Positions 58,801 to 64,000 of a stretch of 64,000 nt of DNA are shown piece by piece. Position numbers and translations under genes: made by a program. How positions within the stretch are numbered: position 1 is the stretch's first letter; each line of letters begins with the position of its first letter. The DNA comes from Vicugna vicugna (lineage: Eukaryota). The notes under the pieces are model-generated. The model was not told where the DNA came from, did not search any database, and was given only the letters and a program-made list of their open reading frames with translations. The DNA lies in assembly GCA_013265495.1 (NCBI GenBank), contig MU062811.1, positions 323,300-387,299 of the forward strand, written 5' to 3'.

Positions 58801-61760
58801 GGTCACCGCTTGCCTAGGGCACTGCCCAAAGGCAGCGGGCATCCCTGCACCACTGCAGAACATCAGCACTGATGCCCCCATCAGCCAGCGCAGGTTCACC
58901 CTCAACCCGTGTGCCCTTTGCCCTCGTTTCCAGTGGGCAGCAGGACAGCCTCAGTCCTAGACCCTGAAAACACCCTCGGGGGCTCAGGCCAAGGCTGAAA
59001 GGATGGATGCCCCGATCCAGCCCCGCCCCCAACAAGCTCACACGTGCGCCCTCACCACCCTGGGCTCCATCCCTCCCGCTTGCTGCTCCGGACACCAGCA
59101 GAACATCTCAACAGCACGCACTCAGTACCTCCCGGTGCCTTTCTCTTCTTTTTCTTTTTAATTTTTTGTTTTTGGCTCAGAATGGGCCACGTGATCTCTT
59201 GGCATTGTGGCTTGTGCTGTGCTGTTCTGTGAACAAGTGTGCATCGTGATTCTTTGTAAGTTTGCAGAGACATAGCGTGTCACACCATCTTAAGAGCTTA
59301 GTAGGGGTTTGTTACTGTCATCATTTAAATTTAAGCCTATCTTCTACCTGTAGGAATAACGGAGGAAGAGCGACAGTTTCTGGCCCCTCCAATGCTGAAG
59401 TTCACCAGAAGCCTGTCCATGCCGGACACCTCCGAGGACATCCCGCCCCCACCGCAGTCAGTGCCCCCCTCTCCGCCACCACCCTCCCCCACCACCTACA
59501 ACTGCCCAAAGTCCCCAACCCCAAGAGTCTACGGGACAATCAAGCCTGCGTTCACACAGAACTCCGCCACCAAGGTGTCCCCGGCGGCCCGCTCCGACAC
59601 GGTGGCCGCCGTGGTGCGGGAGAAGGGGCTGCACTACCGGAGGGAGCTGGACCGCTACTCCCTGGACTCTGAGGACCTCTACAGCCGCAATGCCGCCGCC
59701 CAGGCCAACTTCCGCGGCAAGAGGGGCCAGATGCCCGAAAACCCGTACTCCGAGGTGGGGAAGATCGCCAGCAAAGCGGTCTACGTCCCCGCCAAGCCAG
59801 CCAGGCGGAAGGGCGTGCTGGTGAAGCAGTCCAACGTGGAGGACAGCCCCGAGAAGACTTGCTCCATCCCCATCCCCACCATCATCGTCAAGGAGCCTTC
59901 CACCAGCAGCAGCGGCAAGAGCAGCCAGGGCAGCAGCATGGAGATCGACCCCCAGGCCTCCGAGCCGCCCGGCCAGCTGCGGCCCGACGACAGCCTGACC
60001 GTCAGCAGCCCCTTCGCTGCCGCCATCGCTGGGGCCGTCCGCGACCGGGAGAAGCGGCTGGAGGCCAGGAGGAACTCGCCCGCCTTCCTGTCCACAGACC
60101 TGGGGGACGAGGACGTGGGTCTGGGGCCGCCCGCCCCCCGGGCGCGGCCCTCCAAATTCCCCGAGGAGGGTGGGTTTGGTGAGGAGGATGGCACGGAGCA
60201 GCTGCCGTCACCCACGCCAGGGGCAGCGCCCAGGGAGCCCGAGAACCACTTTGCGGGCAGTGGCGAGGTCGGAGCTCAGGGTGAGGCCAGCAGGCCACTC
60301 AATTCTACATCCAAAGCCAAGGGGCCCGAGAGCAGCCCTGTGGTGCCCCCCAAGAGCAGCCCGGCGGCCGGCCCCGAGAATTACGTCCACCCGCTCACAG
60401 GGAGGCTGCTAGACCCCAGCTCCCCACTGGCCCTGGCGCTCTCTGCGAGGGACCGAGCCATGAAGGAGTCTCAGCAGGGTCCCAAGGGGGAGGCCCCCAA
60501 GGCCGACCTCAACAAACCTCTCTACATCGATACCAAAATGCGGCCCAGCACAGACACAGGCTTCCCTGCGGTCACCAGGCAGAACACGCGGGGGCCCCTG
60601 AGGCGGCAGGAGACAGAAAACAAGTATGAGAGCGAGCTGGGCCGGGAGCGGCGGGATGACAAGAAAAGCCTGCTCATCAGCGTCATGGACGCGGCCCAGC
60701 ACAAGGCGGCCGGGCTGCTGATGGTCCACACTGTGGATGCAGCCCAGCCAGACGACTTCCTGGAGGAAGAGGACGAGAAAGCTGACGTGGAGACGAAGCC
60801 AGACAACTCGCCGCTCGAGGTGCCAGAAGGTGTTCCCGAAACCGAAGGTGCTTTACCAATCCCCGCTGGCCCCGAGCCCGCAGCCGCCGCAGCCGGCAGG
60901 ACCATCGTGGCGGCGGGCTCCGTGGAGGAGGCGGTGATCCTGCCGTTCCGCATCCCTCCCCCACCTCTGGCATCCGTGGATCTGGATGAGGATTTTATTT
61001 TTACAGAGCCATTGCCTCCTCCCCTGGAATTTGCAAATAGTTTTGATATCCCCGATGACCGCGTTGCTTCTGTCCCTGCTCTCACAGATGCGGTCAAGCA
61101 GAAAAAAAACGATGCCTCCCAGCCCCCTTCGTTGAACTCCAGCCAGCCAACCAACTCTGCAGACAGCAAGAAGCCGGCCAGTCTTTCAAACTGTCTGCCC
61201 GCCTCATTCCTGCCACCCCCCGAAAGCTTTGACACCGTCACGGACTCTGGGATCGAGGAGGTGGACAGCCGGAGCAGCAGCGACCACCACCTCGAGACGA
61301 CCAGCACCATCTCCACGGTGTCCAGCATTTCCACCCTGTCCTCTGAAGGCGGGGAGAACGTGGACACCTGTACAGTCTATGCAGACGGGCAAGCATTTCT
61401 GGTTGACAAACCCCCAGTACCTCCTAAGCCAAAAATGAAGCCCATAATCCACAAAGGCAACGCACTTTATCATGACGCGCTGCTGGAGGAGGACGTGGAC
61501 AGCTTCGTGATCCCCCCGCCAGCACCCCCGCCGCCGCCCGGCGGGGCCCAGCCCGGGGCCACCAAGCTTATCCAGCCAAGGACCTCCAGGCTGTGGGGGG
61601 ACGTCTCGGAGGTCAAAAGCCCGATTCTCTCAGGCCCGAAGGCAAACGTGATTAGTGAGTTGAACTCAATCCTGCAGCAAATGAACCGAGAGAAATCGGC
61701 AAAGCCGGGGGAAGGACTGGACTCGCCGACGGGAGCCAAGCCAGCCAGCCTCACTCCAAG
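46693..61760 (+). CDS. SHANK2: SHANK2 partial multi-exon CDS (C-terminal half of PDZ through the proline-rich region; exons ~17-24)
   Basis: Eight GT-AG exons splice into one open frame: VNNENVVKVGHRQVVNMIRQGG...APPPPKRAPTTALTLRSKSMTSELEEL-VDK-ASVRKKK-DKPEE...SVYERQG...RQKSI-DSRIFLS-GITEEERQFLAPPMLKFTRSLS...SLTPR, which I recognise as SHANK2. Exon phases are consistent (0-1-1-1-1-0-1-1-2). Confidence 0.98.
47903..47983 (+). CDS. SHANK2: SHANK2 exon ~18 (81 nt)
   Basis: Branch-like ctcac at 47872-47876, pyrimidine tract, AAG acceptor; (A)PPPPKRAPTTALTLRSKSMTSELEEL; donor G|gtaaga. Confidence 0.97.
48268..48276 (+). CDS. SHANK2: SHANK2 9-nt microexon (~exon 19), adds VDK
   Basis: gtctaac branch (48226-48232), U-rich tract, ctag|TGGATAAAG|gtaagc; frame-preserving, phase 1-1; matches ELEEL-VDK-ASVRKKK in SHANK2. 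Confidence 0.92.
49644..49664 (+). CDS. SHANK2: SHANK2 21-nt microexon (~exon 20), adds ASVRKKK
   Basis: actcac branch (A at 49621), ctcccctttctgtttgcaag|CCTCCGTCCGGAAGAAGAAGG|gtaagg; phase 1-1. Confidence 0.94.
52830..52960 (+). mobile_element. MIR SINE
   Basis: gaccttaagcaactcagagcctcatggttctctctgcaaaatagg. Confidence 0.6.
55494..55624 (+). CDS. SHANK2: SHANK2 exon ~21 (131 nt)
   Basis: actgcag|ATAAACCC...ATGAAC|gtgagt; (D)KPEEIVPAPKPSRTAESVAVESRVATIKQRPTSRCFPPVSDMN. Confidence 0.96.
56905..57016 (+). CDS. SHANK2: SHANK2 exon ~22 (112 nt)
   Basis: tttgcag|TCCGTG...TCAATAG|gtaagc; SVYERQGIAVMTPTVPGSPKGPFLGLPRGTMRRQKSI. Confidence 0.96.
57100..57113 (+). promoter_or_regulatory. Candidate CTCF site
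   Basis: CCACCAGAGGGCGG matches the core consensus CCASYAGRKGGCRS exactly; motif only, no binding data. Confidence 0.45.
57909..57929 (+). CDS. SHANK2: SHANK2 21-nt microexon (~exon 23), adds DSRIFLS
   Basis: ctgatttcctcctgtcag|ACAGCAGAATCTTTCTATCAG|gttagt; phase 1-1; matches RQKSI-DSRIFLS-GITEEER. Confidence 0.92.
59354..61760 (+). CDS. SHANK2: SHANK2 large proline-rich exon ~24 (2407 nt)
   Basis: cttctacctgtag|GAATAACG...CCAAG|gtaagt; contains the 790-aa ORF 59392-61764 with the Shank-conserved blocks SPFAAAIAGAVRDREKRLEARR and TGRLLDPSSPLALALSARDRAMKE. Confidence 0.98.
61012..61032 (+). other. SHANK2: Homer EVH1-binding motif LPPPLEF (PPxxF)
   Basis: Translation of exon 24; established Shank-Homer motif. 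Confidence 0.9.
61408..61431 (+). other. SHANK2: Cortactin SH3-binding motif KPPVPPKP
   Basis: Translation of exon 24; established CortBP1/Shank2 ppI motif. Confidence 0.9.
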
Positions 61761-62999
61761 GTAAGTGCCGCGGGCGGCATGCGCACCGCCCTAGGCCGGG
61801 CTCTCCTCGGTCTTGTCCAGCACTGGCCAGGAAGCGCCCTTGGGAGCACCCGAAGTGGACAGAGGGGAGACCCGGAGCCTCGCGCTGACCGCCCGTGTCA
61901 TGCAATAACCTGTTCCTTTTCTCGCTCCCTGGACTCTGGCGTCTGGCCTGGCAGGACGTGGATCTCCCACGACGTGGCCACACGGGCCATCGCACCTTAG
62001 CTTCCAAAGAGGAGCCCTGCTCTCTCCTCCTGAGTCCTCCTGGTCTTTGCCAGGACCCCTCAAAGGCCATTCTGCGGCCTCGTAGAAGCCGAAACCCAGC
62101 CCCGCTCAGCAGCTGGGGGAGGTGGGGCAGTGTGTCATCACCTTTGCGGGCTGGCTTCCCCCTCCCCGCCGCCTCCGTCACTAACTGGTGCGGGGCTGGG
62201 GAGGGGCCGGGCTGCAGACCCACTAGGGAGCGCAGCGTGAAAAAGCCTCCCCCTGGAGCTCATCCCATCCATGCCACCACCCACCACGTCAGCAGAGTGT
62301 AAGGCACTGCCCTGGAACCAGGGGTCACACATGGGGGCTATTCCTAAACCCAGTCCGAGGGCTCTACTGAGGCCCTGGCCAGCTGCCAGGAGCCGGTGGA
62401 TGAGCTGGCCACTGCTCACAGGTCTTGTCTTTCTTGGCCAGAGATACCTCTGGTCCCCAGAAGGCAACGCGCTTCCGTTTCTCCCACTGATGTTCGGTCT
62501 CAGGTTCGTCATTTCAACTAATGAAGTCAGTCTTCATACTCCTGCCAGTCAGGCATCTGATTCAAGCATCTGAGTCCGTTAATCAGCAATATCACACCAC
62601 AGCTGGGTCCTGAGATGCAGGCTAAGAGCCACAATTTTCCCAGTTACCTTTCGGCTCAAGTGTAAATAGTTACGTGCGGCCCCCGCCACCTCTTGACAGG
62701 CCAGCCTCGCAGGCTGCCACCACCACGGTTACATTCAGAGAGTATTCGAGCTGAGGGGCCTTCTTGACAAAGTCCTCGTTTCCGGTGGCTGTTCGTACAC
62801 AAATGCCTACAAATCTCCCACATACTCGGAAGTCTCAAAGACGACTTAAAAACCAGCTAGTTTTGCCCTTTCTCGTCAGGTAACAGTACGGGCCTTTAGT
62901 TGCCAGGTTACGTCAAAGCACGACAATCAACATGCCTCACTGCAGCGTGTTACACTGTACAAAACACTTGGACGTGGGTGAATAACAGCTGCTGGGGAG

Positions 63000-63115
63000 C
63001 AGGTATTACACCCGTTTTTCAGAAGGAGAAACGGAGACTCAGAGAGGCCAAGTGGCTCGTCCCTGTGCACAGCCAGGGGGAGGTGGAGCCAGGACTGGGC
63101 CAGGCTTCCTGGCTG
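63000..63115 (-). mobile_element. MIR SINE
   Basis: attacacccgtttttcagaaggagaaacggagactcagagaggccaagtgg. Confidence 0.75.
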
Positions 63116-64000
63116 GCCCTTCCTCTCCTCAGCAGTGTCTGAAGCACAGAAGATGCAGGAGGGGGGTCATCCTAGGGCTGATCAGGCCAGTGGGGCAGCC
63201 TGCACAGCACCCGGCTCCCCAGGGCCTCTCTGAGCAGAGTCCGGATTGCTGGCCAGCCCTGCTCCTTCCCTGGCCAGGCGAGCCCCTTGGAGCTGCAGAT
63301 GTCTCCAGGGCTTCCCTGTCCTGCGTGTCCCTGGGTGGGAGGGGTCTCAGAGCAGACGGCCCAGGCAGAATCCCACTGGGTTTGAGGGCAGCTGCAGGAC
63401 CGCCTCTGTGTGACCCACGCTCAGGCCAGGAACAGCCCCTCCAGCCTGTTGTTTACAGCCCAGTCCACGTATGGTTGGTGCATCAGGTGACATCTGTTAG
63501 ACTCTAAGCAAATGCTGGGCACCAGGCGGCGTGGGTACACCGAGGCACGGCCTGAACCTGCTCCCACGGTGCCCCGAGCAAAGTGGAGGTCAGGGAGGTG
63601 GAGGGCTCAGCCTCAGTACCCGGCTGGGTGGCACAGAAGCCGCCCGCCAACCCCGGGAGCTCTCTAGGGGTTGACTCCTCCCCTCTCTCTGGAGCCAGTG
63701 AGCAGCCTGGAAGGAATAGGCAGCTGCTTGACTTACTCGTCTGTAGGGCCGAGCTCCCCAAGGGCAGGGCTGTTCTCAGGCTTTCAGAACTCCCCTAAGC
63801 CCAGCTGAGTGCCCAGGGTCCTATCCACTGACTGATGATACACAGGAGCAGTTACCACCCAGGGGCAGAGCCCTGAGTGGACCTGAGCTGGAGCCACGAG
63901 GCACAGCCCCCAGGGTGAGTGAGGGTGACAGCTCCTGGGCAGAGGACCCCGAAGGTGCCACCGAGCCCTGAGTACCGTGTCTGTCTCCTCTCAGATACAG

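Noticed and set aside
60522-61367. 281-aa antisense ORF
   Set aside because: Shadow of the GC3-rich exon 24 codons on the opposite strand.
63975-64000. Acceptor-like gtctgtctcctctcag at the window end as the start of the SAM exon
   Set aside because: The following bases (atacag) do not give the expected R-S-P-E continuation; the last exon lies further downstream.
1-64000. CRISPR array, prokaryotic defence system, miRNA/snoRNA or second gene
   Set aside because: No regularly spaced direct repeats, operon-like ORFs, long hairpins or box C/D or H/ACA pairs were seen; the window is explained by SHANK2 plus mammalian repeats.

Overview
This is mammalian genomic DNA (high GC, heavy interspersed-repeat load, one 135-N gap), most likely from a camelid, judged from a tRNA-Ala-derived Vic-1-type SINE and cetartiodactyl L1 3' ends. 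It holds the 3' half of SHANK2 (ProSAP1/CortBP1, a postsynaptic scaffold) on the + strand. Bases 1-46692 are the distal part of the very long intron that splits the PDZ domain. Eight coding exons follow, which I joined by hand into one open frame of 2918 nt: 46693-46828, 47903-47983, a 9-nt microexon (48268-48276), a 21-nt microexon (49644-49664), 55494-55624, 56905-57016, a 21-nt microexon (57909-57929) and the 2407-nt proline-rich exon (59354-61760) with the Homer and cortactin motifs. They correspond to exons 17-24 in the usual 25-exon numbering (numbering recalled from memory). The SAM-domain last exon lies beyond the window. I found no prokaryotic-type system, CRISPR array, tRNA/rRNA gene or second protein-coding gene; almost all other ORFs in the track are GC-rich noise. 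The most interesting unexplained signals concern splicing: a U-rich, in-frame internal 3' splice site written into synonymous codons just before the Homer motif; a candidate stop-containing cassette exon just upstream of the large exon; an acceptor in the last intron that would give a SAM-less protein; an in-frame internal donor in exon 22; and an antisense LTR offering ATG-CAG|GTGAGT in frame with exon 17. All of these are sequence-based hypotheses. Repeat family names and boundaries come from recognition by eye and are approximate.
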